A program made the position numbers and the translations under genes. Below are positions 40,190 to 54,869 of a DNA stretch of 64,000 nt, piece after piece. This DNA is from Octopus sinensis. Its lineage: Eukaryota. The notes under the pieces were generated by a model. The model ran no database searches, was not told the origin of the DNA, and saw only the letters and a program-made list of their open reading frames with translations. The DNA lies in assembly GCF_006345805.1 (NCBI RefSeq), contig NC_043006.1, forward strand, positions 69,316,001 through 69,380,000. Direction: 5' to 3'. The number at the start of each line of letters is the position of its first letter. Positions within the stretch are counted from its first letter, which is position 1.

Positions 40190-40945
40190 ACTGTGGCCAT
40201 GCTGGAGTACAGCTTTGAACAAATCGACTCCAGTGCTAACATTTTTATGCCTGGTAGTTATTTTTTTAGGTCTCTTTAATTACGGGACGTAAACAAGCCA
40301 GAGGTGGCGGGGGACAAAAACACACACACACATATACGACGGGCTTTTTTCAGTTTCCGTCTACAAAATCCACAGACAAGGCTTTTGTCAGCTTGAGGCT
40401 TGAGTAGACGACACTTGCTCAAAATCTCACACAGTCCAGTGGAACTGAACCCGGAACCATGTGATTGAGAAGCAAGCTTCTTACAACACAGCCACGCCTA
40501 CGCCTACTTTATTTTACCGACATCCTTGACGGAATGCTCTTTTACTAGTTTCAGTCTCTTGACTGCAGCCATTCTGGAGCACCGCATTTAGAGGAGCAAA
40601 TCGACCCAAGGACTTATACTTTGGAAGCCTAGTATTTATTCTATCGGTCTCTTTTGCCGAACCGCTAAGTTACGGGGTCGTAAACACACCAGCATCGGTT
40701 GTCAAGCGATGTTGGTGGGGAGGGGGAAAAATAGATACACAAACATATACATACACATAAATATATATACATATATACGACGAGCTTCTTTTCAGTTTCC
40801 GTCAACTAAACCCACTCACAAGGCTTTGGTCGGCCCGAGGCTATAGTAGAAGACGCTTGCCCAAGGTTCCACGTAGTGGCACAGAACCCGGAACCATGTG
40901 GTTGGTAAGCAAGCTATTTACCACACATCCACTCCTGCGCCCGAA
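40190..40945 (-). mobile_element. Two SINE family A copies
   Basis: Reverse-complement matches at about 40190-40500 and 40520-40945. Confidence 0.75.
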
Positions 40946-41222
40946 TAAATGGCAAAATTGATGTCAACGATATTAGAACTCAGAATGTGACAAGCTGTAG
41001 GTTAATATATTCTGCCAAATACCCCCACAACATCGCTTGACAACCGATGCTGGTGTTTACGTCTCATTAACTTAGCGGTTCGGCAAAAGAAACCGCTAGA
41101 ATAAGTACTAGGCTTACAAAGAATGAGTCCTGGGGTCGATTTGCACGACTAAAGGCGATGCTCCAGCATGGCCACAGTTACATGACTGAAACAAGTAAAA
41201 GAGTAAAAGAGTATATATATTA

Positions 41223-41453
41223 CAGTGATCCCTCGCCATATCGCGGTTCACCTATCGCGGTTTATTATTTAAGCTTACGTCGATTCGATTAGTCCGTGGC
41301 GTTGTTTTGCATTTGTAATAAAATAAATATAAACACAAATTATAAAAATAATAAAAACAAAATATACAGTACAGTACTGTTTCTACTTCGCGGATTTTCA
41401 CCTATCGCGGAGGGTTTTGGAACGTAACACCCGCGATAGTCGAGGGATTACTG
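41223..41453. mobile_element. Tc1/mariner-pogo (Tigger-like) MITE
   Basis: TIRs CAGTGATCCCTCG / CGAGGGATTACTG with TA at both flanks; internal repeats of ctatcgcgg. Confidence 0.85.
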
Positions 41454-41890
41454 TATATACTTTTTTTATTTATCATTTTAACACAGTAGGGTGCTATTTA
41501 TAGCAGGTCGACCGAGAGTTCCTTGTACTGTCACAGAGAAAACATGGACAGTACCAAGTCAGCTTGTGACATACATCTCTGTGCCGCAATCACCCATGGA
41601 TGGATACCTCTACTGGTTTCTACAGTAGACAGTAATTAATCATCAAAATACAAAAGACAATATTATTTCCTGTTTCAAATACAAAAACAGCGAACATTAT
41701 TATTGATTGAATCGATAGCTGATAATATTAGAATATTTTTTGACAAAAGTTAATTATTTCAATTTGATAAAACTGTTTAATTACCAAATGCATATGCGCA
41801 TGCGTATGTGCGTGTGTGTGTATGTGTGTGTGTATAGATGTATATGGGAAACAGAGAGGAAGGAGAAAGGGAGATAAAATGGAGCTATGT

Positions 41891-41923
<33 letters not shown>

Positions 41924-42875
41924 TTTGGTTGTATGAATATGTAAGCGTTAGGCTATTGCATATTGTATGATGCATGTGTGCATGTGTGCATGTGTATGCA
42001 TATATACGCGTGTGTGTGTATGTGTGTGTGTGTGTGTGTTTTGTAGAAATGCACGTGTATGTGAATTGATGAAGCGGTGGATTGAGTAGAGATGGGGTGG
42101 CAGATGTGTGTTCTATCATTTATTTTCATCTCTCAGGATTTTTGTGTATTTGTATATGTGTGTGTTTAGCTTTATGATTCAATATGTATGTATGTACGTG
42201 TGTACGTACGTATAAATGCATGAATCCATGTATGTATGTGTTTATGTATGTATGTTTGTATGTATGTATGTATGTATGTATGTATGTATGTATGTATGTA
42301 TATATGCATTTATGTATGAACGCATGTATGCCTCTATGTGTGTAGGTATGTATGTGTGCATATAGGTAAGTGTATATGTATGCATATATGTATGCATGTA
42401 TGCATATATATATATGCAGGTATGCATGTGTGTAAGCGTGTATGTATGCATGTATGTAAGCATTGTGCATGTATGTATGCATAGATGCATGTATGTACGC
42501 ATGTATGTATGCATCTATATGTGTATGGATGCATGCATATATGTATGTGTGCATGTCTGTAAGCATGCATGTATGTACGTATGCAAATATGTATGTATGC
42601 AGGTATGTATGTGTGTCTGCATGTAGCTATGTGTGCATATATTTATGTAAGTACGTCCGTATGCATGTACGCAGGTATGGATGAGTGTATGCATTTATGC
42701 ATACAGGTATATCCAGGTGAGAGCGTTCATGTGCTGTATTCATACGGGACCTCCACCAGTTTCGACGGTGTGTGTCCTAGTTGTTTGTTCAATTTAACAA
42801 CGTATATTCACTGAGTATTAGCATTCCAGTTCAGATCGACTACATCATCCTCGCACACCTACCTGCTCGCACGCA

Positions 42876-42944
<69 letters not shown>

Positions 42945-43229
42945 CCACATACACACACACTCATCTATATATACTGCTGTTGCATAACGATCCAGGAAAA
43001 TGCTTTATACGAACACAGAGTATAGTATTTACTTTGGCAACTAGGTCAGACCCCACTTCCCCTAAAATCTATAAGTTTACTCACAGTACCTCACACAAAC
43101 TCACTGACACGCACACATGCACGCACAGGGATAGGGGAAAGACTGAACGATAAGGGAACGAATTCAGAAACCAATCTGAAGAAGCAATTGGCTATTTCAT
43201 ATCAAGCTCTCTAATACTGTTAACAAATA

Positions 43230-44195
<966 letters not shown>

Positions 44196-44304
44196 AATGA
44201 ATTTTGGAACATATGTAAATCAATGAAGCATATCCTGAATGTTTGCGTTTACTATTGAATTTCATTTGTATTCGCACACTTCTAGACTTACGAACGTTAT
44301 ATAG

Positions 44305-44494
44305 GTGCAGGCGTGGCTATGAGGTAAGGAACTTGCTTCCCGACCACATGGTTCTGGATTCAGTCCCACTGCATGGCACCTTGGGCAAATGTCTTTCACT
44401 CGGGACAACCAAAGTCTTGTGAGTGGATTTGGTAGACGAAAACTGAAAGAAGCCTGTTATCTACACGCACACACACAGGCGCGCGCACACACAC

Positions 44495-44528
<34 letters not shown>

Positions 44529-44720
44529 CACACACACACACATGTCTGAAGTGATGTGTAGATATTGTTTATAAAGAAAAGAAGGCAGAACACATACATA
44601 TAATTGTGTGTGTGTATGTGTCTTTATGTGTATGCTTGTCCTCTGCCATCGCTTGACAACCGATGTTGGTATATTCATGTTCCTGTAACTTAGCGATTCG
44701 GCAAAAGACCGACAGAATAA
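44305..44720 (+). mobile_element. SINE family A
   Basis: Head, internal (AC) tract and partial tail. Confidence 0.75.
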
Positions 44721-44733
44721 GCACTAGACTTAT

Positions 44734-44773
<40 letters not shown>

Positions 44774-44780
44774 CACACAG

Positions 44781-44812
<32 letters not shown>

Positions 44813-44824
44813 ACACACACACAC

Positions 44825-45012
44825 AAGCTTAAAGCTTATGCCGATCACCGTGCAACGACTAAGGAAAATAGTCCAATAAAGGGGCATATAAGCCCTCGAC
44901 AGGACAAAATAAGGCTTTCCTGCTCACGTGGGAGCCGAACCCACATCCCTTTGTTAACGGGAACCCTTTTTTTCTTATTCATTGCACGGTGGTCGCCATA
45001 AGCTTTAAGCTT
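44825..45012. mobile_element. MITE with ~33-bp TIRs containing TTAA
   Basis: AAGCTTAAAGCTTATGCCGATCACCGTGCAA vs reverse complement AAGCTTAAAGCTTATGGCGACCACCGTGCAA. Confidence 0.8.
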
Positions 45013-45090
45013 ATATAAAAATACCATTATTATTATTTACAGGATTGTAAATCACGGCGTCGAAATAAAAGAAACATTCGCACCGAAAGC

Positions 45091-45122
<32 letters not shown>

Positions 45123-45222
45123 AGTACTGAGGTCGATTTATTCGACAAACAAATTTTCAAAGCGGTGCCTCAGTGTGGCCGCAGTCTAATGACTTAAAAA
45201 CGTAAAAGAAAAAAGATGAAAG

Positions 45223-45257
<35 letters not shown>

Positions 45258-45722
45258 GTGTGTGTGTGTATAAATATACACACACACATAAATCAATATT
45301 CAGTACCTTTCTATGTTTACAAACTTATATCTTTGTTTTCGCTCACACTTTACTCTCCTACATCACGCATGCACGAAATCTTTTTGAACCTGTGTAGTAT
45401 CACGTATATGCGTACAAGAAGCGTTCTTTTTAACTTTTATATCACGTACATACAGCCATGTTTTCTTTCAGTGCTTTTGAGAGCGTTTTTCTGATGCATT
45501 GTAATGTTGAATGGTCAATGAAGGGGGGGGGGGGTGTGAGAGGGGGGGTCAGCTCAGGCAGTTGAAAGTATTTAATCACTTAATACCTTTTCTTAATCCA
45601 TGCCATACGTATTGACACAGAATGCAGCTGTACAAAACAACGATATGAAGGATGATGACATCAGTAACAAGAACAACAGCAACAATAGCAACATTACTAC
45701 TACTACTACTACTAACACCACC

Positions 45723-45777
<55 letters not shown>

Positions 45778-45819
45778 TTATTATTATTATTATTATTATC
45801 ATTATTATGGTGGTGGTAA

Positions 45820-46225
45820 TGGCGAGTTGGCAGAATCGTTAGCACGCTGGACGAAATGCTTAGCGGTATTTCGTCTGCCGCTACGTTCTGAGTTCAAATT
45901 CCGCCGAGGTCGACTTTGCCTTTCATCTTTTCGGGGTCGGTTAAATAAGTACCAGTTACATACTGGTGTCGATATAATCGACTTAATCCGTTTGTCTGTC
46001 CTTGTTTGTCCTCACTGTGTTTAGCTCCTTGTGGGTAGTAAAGAAATAGGCATTTCGTTTGCCGCTACGTTCTGAGTTCAAATTCCACCGAGGTCGACTT
46101 TGCCGTTTATCCTTTCGGGGTCGATAAATTAAGTACTAATTTGCGTACTGATGTCGACCTAATCGACTAACCACCGCCCTCTCCCCAGATTTCAGGCCTT
46201 GTGCCTATAGTAGAAAGGATTATTA
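45820..46225 (+). mobile_element. Dimeric SINE family B
   Basis: Full monomer followed by a second body. Confidence 0.8.
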
Positions 46226-46459
46226 TCCTTTCTACTATAGGCACACATACACTCACACACACACAGACACACAGACACAAACACACACACAAACACACAC
46301 ATGACGGGCTTCTTTCAGTCTACCAGATCAACTCACAAGGCTTTAGTCGGCCTGAGGCTATAGTAGAAGACACTTGCCCAGGTGCCACGCAGTGGGACTG
46401 AACCCGGAACCATGTCATAGGTAAGCAAGCTACTTGCCACACAGCCACTCCTGTCAACT

Positions 46460-46890
46460 AATAAACGAAATTGTTTTGATATTTTACAACAATATCCGGT
46501 TTACTGGTTTTTGATGGTTCTGTCTTTATGTACTGAAAAGTCCCAAGGAACCATTACATTATCTCCTTCAGTTATAGCCTCAGAGTGGTGCTTATACCGT
46601 TTTGGTTTCGATTTTATAATGCCGACATATTAACCGGTATTGATAATGGCCAACTCTGTCATGTGGGGATTTATAAAACCATACATCCAGAGATTTGGTC
46701 GTCCACTGTTACAATCACATCATTGCAGAATCCGTACTTTGGGCCTACTCGATTTTTTATCACCATTGACTTGGTAGTTCCGGGTCAATAAGCTTTGATT
46801 TTGTGCAGCTAAGATGAAGCCTTCGCTCTCTGCCTTTAGTCTTGATGGGTATGTGTCTGGTCTACCTATCAGCCAATTGCTCGAGCGCTT
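46460..46890 (-). mobile_element. R4/Dong-clade fragment (zinc finger to RLE)
   Basis: LKAESEGFILAAQNQSLLTRNYQ, HDRVGH, WDFSVHKDRTI..KPDIVVK. Confidence 0.8.
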
Positions 46891-47048
46891 TTTTTTTTTG
46901 CTTTGCCATTAATTTCACCTTCTTTGCAACACCAGTTGTTGCACATCTCTCAAGTGAAATGTGAGAAGAGATGTAGCTAAGGAATTTTCTTAACTCGCCG
47001 TCTTAATAATAATTGTAGTAACAGCAACATTACTACTACTACTACTAC

Positions 47049-47079
<31 letters not shown>

Positions 47080-47083
47080 TGTT

Positions 47084-47121
<38 letters not shown>

Positions 47122-47134
47122 TGTTGTTGTTGTT

Positions 47135-47181
<47 letters not shown>

Positions 47182-47521
47182 TGTAGTTGCAGCAGCAGCA
47201 GCAACAACAACAGCAGTAGTGGAATCAAATTGTATTGATTTCTGATAGAAAATAATATATTTATCAGTTTTACTCTAAACCATTTTCAAGTGATAAATAT
47301 CTTTGAAAATTATCGCTAAAAGTTTTTAGTCTAATTTTCAAATCAATTTCGGAATTGTATTCAATTTTTCTTATCACTTCGCTTTTTCATTTTTCACTCG
47401 CTTTTGTATTTTTGTCTGCACTCTACCGTTGCAGTACATACATACATACATACATACATACATACATACATACATACATAGAAACATACATACATACACG
47501 AATGCATACATACATAAATAT

Positions 47522-47590
<69 letters not shown>

Positions 47591-47604
47591 CATGTATATT
47601 ATTT

Positions 47605-47935
47605 TACTCTTTTGTTTCAGTTATTTGACTGTGACCATGCTGGAGTACCGCTTTCAGTCGAGCAAATCGACCCCAGGACTTATTCTTTGTGAGCCTACAA
47701 CTTGATCTATCGGTTGTCAAGCGATGGTGGGTGGACAAACACAGACACACAAACACACACATATATATATATATAACGGGCTTCTTTCAGTTTCCGTCTA
47801 CCCAATCCACTCACAAGGCTTTGGTCGGCCCGAGGCTATAGTAGAAGACACTTGCCCAAAGTGCTACGCAGTGGGACTGAACCCGGAACCATGTGGCTTG
47901 TAAGTAAGCTACTTAACACTCAGCCACACCTGCGC
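47605..47935 (-). mobile_element. SINE family A
   Basis: Reverse-complement match. Confidence 0.75.
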
Positions 47936-48023
47936 CTTATCTTATATGTATATTGTTGTAATGTGGATCCTTGTCTATTTGTATGGCAGTGTTGGCACTG
48001 TGATATTTTTATCGCCACTATTA

Positions 48024-48290
48024 TGTTGTAGCGGTATTCCTTATCTTATTATATTTGACTTTTCTATCATGCTATTGCTGATAGCTCCACAAGATAATGA
48101 TTTAGAAACCTCTACCTTGACGGTAACTCGAACTCGTATATATCACGTAGCAGACACAGACCCCAAGTGAGAACACGTACAATGACTCTACTACTATTGA
48201 ATTTCTATACCAACTGACTGTTTGACTTTATAATGGCTGAGACATACCACTTTGTCACGTAGGAAGGGTAGTACCATTTTCACTACAACA
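48024..48290 (-). repeat. 3' LTR (267 bp, TGTTGTAG...CTACAACA)
   Basis: 8-bp inverted termini; PPT immediately upstream at 48291-48307. Confidence 0.8.
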
Positions 48291-49879
48291 TCTCCCCCTT
48301 TTAGTTTCTTTTTTCTTTGGGAAGAAAGTAATTTTATTTTACTTTATTCACCCCTCCTCCTAATGATTTTTTTCCCCAATTTAATACTTTTTCTTTTTGG
48401 CATCTATTTGTAGGAACTCTTTCCCTTCTACTTGTACGCGTGGTTTCAACCACCTGTAACGGTGTTGGTACCTGGAATGTGCCATACAGCCATTGCTTAG
48501 ACTCTTCTAATCTGTCTGGTTCATTTTCTATGAGTCTCTTCTTCAATTGGTTTCTGTGTCTTTTAATTCCGTACATCATTTTTCCTGTGTACTTTATAAT
48601 TTTCCCTCCTTCCCGGTACTGTTTTCCGTTTTTATACGACCTCATGTACACCTTATCACCAATTTTGAAAAAATTTGGATTGTTTTTATTAGTACTTTTT
48701 CTTTCTTCGCCAGGTAACAGTTTATCAAAAGCTGATTTCGCAATCTTCCCGAACATCAGTTCTGCTGGTGCCCTTCCTGCTGGTGTACTGGGGTTCGGTG
48801 TCAGCCTGTATACTCTTAGGAACCGCTGAAGAGCGATTTCATCTGTAACTTCCTTTTTGCTTTTTTCAAAGCACTTTTTAAAATGTCCATAAAACGCTCT
48901 GCCTGTCTATTTTATCTGGGATGGTAAGGCGCTATCGAAAAGTTACATTGCAAATACATTCACCAATGAAATATAATTTCTTTCCTCTAACACCATATAC
49001 TACTTTATTTGATTTAAATAATTTCGGCTTACCGATTTTTCGCCATATTTCTTCATTTATGATAATGATGTCACTACCCGTGTCTAATTGCATTTTGAAA
49101 CTAGTGGTTTCGATTTTCACTTTTATGAATTTTCTTTTCGTTGTATAAACTTTTTTCTCTAATGACAGACTATTTTTTACTCGTTTGGTCCAATTTTTCG
49201 TCTTCTTAGTTCTGTAAGTGCGATTTAATATGTTCTGTGTTCACAAAGCAAAAACACTTTGATTTTTTGAACGGACACTCTTTTCTCAGGTGCCTACCAC
49301 CACATGCCATACATGGATTTATCTCCTGTGGTATATCGTGTTTTTTGTGAAACACTTTATCCGTCTTCCGACTCTTCCATACAGGTTTTATCTGTAAACA
49401 ATCTCTGCGTAGGATTTCTTCTATGTCGTGCCTTACTTTTAATATCATATCGCTCTCTTCTGACAGTTTCTGGAGAGTTATATCCTGGTTTATTTCCACC
49501 TTTGCGAGAGTTTTTTTGTGTTTGTATTCACATAAGCTCACTCCCTCCATCAAATTGACATTACCTGTACAGGTGAAACTGGGTGCCACATGTCAAATGA
49601 CGGAATGATCGCTGAGCAACATTAAATGAAGTACTTTGCTCAATATCATAAGGCAACGCTCGGTCTTAGAATCGAAACCTCGATCTTGCAGTCTTAAGTG
49701 CAACACACTAACCACTAAGCCATGCCCCTTCACACACACACATAAACACACACACACACACGTGCGTACGTATGTATGTATGTAAGTATGTATGTATGTA
49801 TGTATGTACGTATGTATGTAGGTAAGCGTTTGTATGCGTGTATGTATGCATGTGTGTATATATATCAATGAATGTGCGT

Positions 49880-50049
49880 GTTCTGGGTATACCACGTAAA
49901 TGACACCAACTGAGAACACGTACAACAACTCTACAACTATTGACTTCCTACAACGACTGATTGCCTGACTTTATAGTGGCTGGTACTTCCCTTCACACGT
50001 GACAAAGTAGTATGTTACGTGGGAAGGGGAGTACCATTTTCACTACAAC

Positions 50050-50050
<1 letters not shown>
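49880..50050 (-). repeat. 5' LTR remnant, interrupted by microsatellite and a family C SINE
   Basis: First 21 nt identical to the 3' LTR, then diverged similarity for about 170 bp. Confidence 0.7.
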
Positions 50051-50080
<30 letters not shown>

Positions 50081-50340
50081 AATATATATTATAATATATT
50101 ACATGTGTATATATACATACGCACGCGCACATGTAGTAGCTGTGTCTGGGTACGTGTTTCTGATTTTGTATGTCTAATGGCTTTCTGGTGGTGAGGCCCT
50201 GATATGGCAGTTCCAGGCTTTTGAGACGTGTGGAACCACCGCTTAGGCACAATTGTTCTCGGGTCTAAATGAACTAGGGTCAGAGGTGTAGGCTGGTTAG
50301 ATTGTAAGCCACACAGACACACGCACACGCACACACGCAT

Positions 50341-50381
<41 letters not shown>

Positions 50382-50539
50382 TGCACACACACACGCACAC
50401 ACACACACACACACACACGCACGCACATGCACGCTCGGATACACATACACACAGAGCAAGATTCTCCATTTCTTAGAAATTCCTCCTAGGAGAAAGTAAA
50501 CTCGTATAACAAAAACCTGAATTGCAGTTGGTTTATATG

Positions 50540-50700
50540 TACACATTTTCGAGATGTCGTAAAAAAAAAAGTCTAAAGGCTTTTAGTGTGAATGTTGAAG
50601 ACTGGGAACAGATGACGGAAAATCGATCGGCTTGGTAAGGAGTGATATATGATTGGTGTAAAGCATTTGAAGCACAGAGAATCGAACGCTGCATTTCATA
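50540..50700 (+). mobile_element. RTE-clade LINE 3' fragment
   Basis: FRDVVKKSLKAFSVNVEDWEQMTENRSAW. Confidence 0.65.
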
Positions 50701-50969
50701 AACAGGAGGTGACTTAAATCCAAGTTACTTTTCTGCTTGAAAATGTCTGTGACATCTGCTGTAGGCTTACTTGTCCAGAGCTGGACAAACGAATTTCATG
50801 ACAACATTACGAATTGAAGAGCTGACCTTCTGTAAAGAAGTGTCATTCACCATATGTTTGTATGTGTGACTGTGTGTGCAGTTTGCGCGCGTGTGTGTGT
50901 GTGTGTGTGGGGTGATAATATGTACAAACATAGTAAAATCATACTTAATCATACTTGATAATGCGTAAG

Positions 50970-51413
50970 GTGGCGGCCTAGCAGAATTGTTAGTACGTTG
51001 GGCAAAGTCAATTCTTACGTTCTGGGTTCAAATGCCACCGTGGTCGAGGTCGATCTTGCCTTTCATCATTCAGAGATCGATAAAATAAGAACCAGTTGAG
51101 CACTGGGGTCGATGTAATCAACTTAACCCCATTCCCCAAATTGCTGGCCTTGTGCCAAAATTCGAAGCCATTATTTACTCACATGCAAGGCGGCGAGATG
51201 CCAGAACCGTTGGCGCGCTGGCTAAAAAGCTTTGTGGTATTTCGTTCATCTTTACGTTCTGATTTCAAATCCTGCTGTGGTTGGCTTTGCTTTACATATT
51301 TTCTGGGTCGATAAAATAAGTACCAGCTGAGTAATGGGGCAATGTAATCGACTTACCTCCTCACCCAAAATTGCTGTTTGGGCAAGTGTCTTTTACTCTA
51401 GCCTCGCTCGTCA

Positions 51414-51451
<38 letters not shown>

Positions 51452-51675
51452 TGTATGTATGTATAAGTGTGTGTGTCTGTGTTCATCCCCCACCATTGCT
51501 TGACAATTGATGTTGGTGTGTTTACGCCACCGTAACTTAGCAGCTAGGCAAAAGAGACCGATAAAATAAGTACTAAGCTTACAAAGAATAAATTCTGGGA
51601 TCGATTTGTTCGACTAAACGCGGCGCTCCAGCATGGCCGCAGTTAAATGGCTGAAATAAGTAAAAGAACTAAAAG
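50970..51675 (+). mobile_element. Cluster of two SINE B copies and one partial SINE A
   Basis: Diverged family B heads at about 50970 and 51185; family A body 51375-51675. Confidence 0.65.
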
Positions 51676-51910
51676 AGACCCGAAAGGTCTCGTGAAATGC
51701 GGCAGGATTTGGAAAGACAAGGACCAGATACTGGAACTGCATGATCATGCTGTATATTAAGTCGACTTCTATGCCGGAAAATAGGACATTTCTTATTTCT
51801 TTACCACAGTACCAGACAAGTTTTAAAATGTTCAAAAGCATGGAAATTCCTCCCTAAAGTTTTCAATCCTCATAGCCCATGCTGATGAAAAACACTGCTT
51901 TCAATGAGAT

Positions 51911-52086
51911 ATGGTGGTGGTGATGATGATGATGATGATGATGTTGATGATGATGATGCTGTCATCATCATCATCATCATGACGACGATGACGATGATCA
52001 TGGTGATGGTGATGACGACGACAACGATGACGATGATGACGATGATGATCATGATCATGATGATAATGATGAGAGCGACGACGATT

Positions 52087-52135
<49 letters not shown>

Positions 52136-52434
52136 CGATGACAACCATTATGATAATGATGATGATGACGACGAAAAGACGATTATGATGAATATAATGA
52201 TGAGGATGATGATGATGATGATGATGGTGATAATGATGATGATGGTGATGATGATAATGATGATGACGACGATGGTGATGATGATGATAATGACGACGAC
52301 CAGTATGATGATGATGGTGATGATGAGGATGATGATGATGATGATGATGATTACGACGACGGTTATGATGACGACAACGACGATGACGATGATGATGATG
52401 ATGATGATGATGATGACGATGACGATGACGATGA
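51911..52434. repeat. ~520-bp degenerate (ATG/ACG/GTG)n trinucleotide array
   Basis: Direct inspection. Confidence 0.9.
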
Positions 52435-53643
52435 AGTGTATGTAAAGAAAGAACCCATTACACAGTGATTGCTACACGCGAGAAATGAAGCACTTTGGTT
52501 GAAATTCATTTGATTAGGATCGATCTGTGGCTAAACAAAAGCGACAAGTCTGTACAGTGGTTGGTGCTCAGAAAAATCTTTATACAGTCTCGGACCAAAT
52601 ATCCGGCCAGCATGTGACCGGAAGTAGCCCGGATATTTGGATTTTCCGATTTTCTGGAGACAGTCTAAATATACACATAAAATCTAAAATTAACTATGGA
52701 AGTCTAAGAACTAAATTATAATTAACAGATTCAAATCAATACATTTCTAAAGCAGAGTCTGTTCGATATTTATGAATCGACTTAAAATTCTTAGGATGGA
52801 AATTAAATGATTTTATTTCACAGATACAGGTACAAATTAATACTCTTGTAAACCTTTATCGATCAACATAAAAAAGTAAGGTTGAAAGTTATTTTTAACA
52901 CACCGTAAAATGCATAATATTGTACAGTATTTCCGGATTTATGGAAGCTGGAGAAGAAGTTTGGCACTGTATTTTAAATAAACGAACAACCCCCATGATA
53001 TTAAATATCCATTTCAAACAATGAAAATTTTACAACTTACATGCAAAACATTCAAACTAATAGCTTAATTTAGTTATTGCCGCAAAACGAAACAAAATCC
53101 CAGCAGTGGATTTGAGCTCGAAGCCTCTCAATTGCTATCTCAGTATTATATCCACTCATACAATTCCTTTTTTTAATATTCTAAATACAATCCATACATT
53201 AAATCAATATTATGTCAGATCTCCAGATTAAAACAAAATGGCGAATCTTTATTAAGTTTTCCCGCCAGAATTATCGCTTCTATCTTATCGTGGATGTGTG
53301 ACGGGCAAAGCCAATATTAATTTTCATGCTACCATTATATGCTTGAGTACTTCTCTCTGAGTTCGAGTCTCCATGGAAATCTACTTTCATCAGTTCACTA
53401 AATGTCGGTATAGTCTATCGTCCCTAGGTGGCAACGGTTAAAGTCCACAATTCCTAAAGCACGCATACAAACACACACAAACACACGTAAGCATGCACAT
53501 GCACAAGCTAAATAGAGACCTTCTACGCAGTCAGTCAACCTGCTAGAAATAGCAGTCAAATCTCCCAATATTACACACCACTGTCTTAAAAAGACTCGTT
53601 GAACAGTGATAGTATCTGAAAACCTGCGGTGGCCTTAGCTAGG

Positions 53644-53694
53644 ATGCTTTTCATGAAGGGCCTTCGCGCTAAGAAGTTTCGGGCGAAGCAAAAA
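53644..53694 (+). other. Candidate small coding exon (MLFMKGLRAKKFRAKQK) ending at a GTAAGT donor
   Basis: Open 17 codons, GC-richer than its flanks, consensus donor at 53695-53700; no homolog recognised. Confidence 0.25.
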
Positions 53695-53775
53695 GTAAGT
53701 ACATACAAAGAACAAAATACAAAATACAAAGTACAAAGTACAAATATCTCCATCTCTCGTTGGACATACACATGC

Positions 53776-53807
<32 letters not shown>

Positions 53808-54019
53808 AGCAGAAGTAACAGAGTGACTCAGGGCCCGAGAGTTTCGTGTTTTATCAAACTGTGAGTTTATACAGCTGCTGATAAATAAATAAATATATTT
53901 CCATATAGAATATTCTAGAATGAATTATAACAACGGGCAAATTTTTTGAATTTTCTACGTCACATTATTATAATTCGTTCTAGAACATTCCGTAGGGAAA
54001 TAAGTTTATATGGTCTATT

Positions 54020-54232
54020 TGCTCTTTTACTTGTTTCAGTCAGTTGACTGTGGCCATGCTGGAGCACCGTCTTTAGTCGAGCAAATCAACCCCGGGACTT
54101 ATTCTTTGTAAGCCCAGTACTTATTCTATCGGTCTCTTTTGCCGAACCGCTAAGTGACGGGGACGTAAACACACCAGCATCGGTTGTCAAGCAATGCTAG
54201 GGGGACAAACACAGACACACAAACACCATATC

Positions 54233-54267
<35 letters not shown>

Positions 54268-54450
54268 ATATATATACATATATACGACGGGCTTCTTTCA
54301 GTTTCCGTCTACCAAATCCACTCACAAGGCATTGGTCGGCCCGAGGCTACAGCAGAAGACACTTGCCCAAGATGCCACGCGGTGGTACTGAACCCGGAAC
54401 CATGTGTTTGGTTAGCAAGCTACTTACCACACAGCCACTCCTGCGCCTAT
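54020..54450 (-). mobile_element. SINE family A, near consensus
   Basis: Reverse-complement match. Confidence 0.85.
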
Positions 54451-54869
54451 ATATTTATTTACCAACAACTGCATAAACTCACAGGCCTTCGACCTTTGAC
54501 TAGTTTAAGTGCCAAGTACGTAACTCTCGGACCTTGAATCACTCTGTTACTTGTGCTAAATATTAATAGGAATATACATATACTCATATTTTTAGTTCCA
54601 TCATTTCCTGTTTGCATCAACAGCGGATTCTGGTTATCGTTCTGATGCGTAGGTACACGCAACTGAAAATGAGACAAATAGCTCAAAACTGAGTAAGTCT
54701 TGCGATCCTATTAACTGCTAGAGGGTAGTAGGGGTTCTCTTTCCTTGATTACAATATATTGTATATATAAGGTACAGAGTGTTGCACCGATAACCAGTTG
54801 GCGGAGATTTGTTTGGGATTAAACTAGTAGTAATATTCAACAGTCACTTTGATGTAGCGACTGACATTA

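Larger units (their letters stand above)
48024..50050 (-). mobile_element. Internally deleted Ty3/Gypsy LTR retrotransposon
   Basis: Gag zinc knuckle CMACGGRHLRKEC; protease LDTGSD fused to integrase APYHP..(G)QAERF; PPT aaactaaaagggggaga; both LTRs start TGTTGTAGTGAAAATGGTACT; RT and RNase H absent. Confidence 0.88.
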
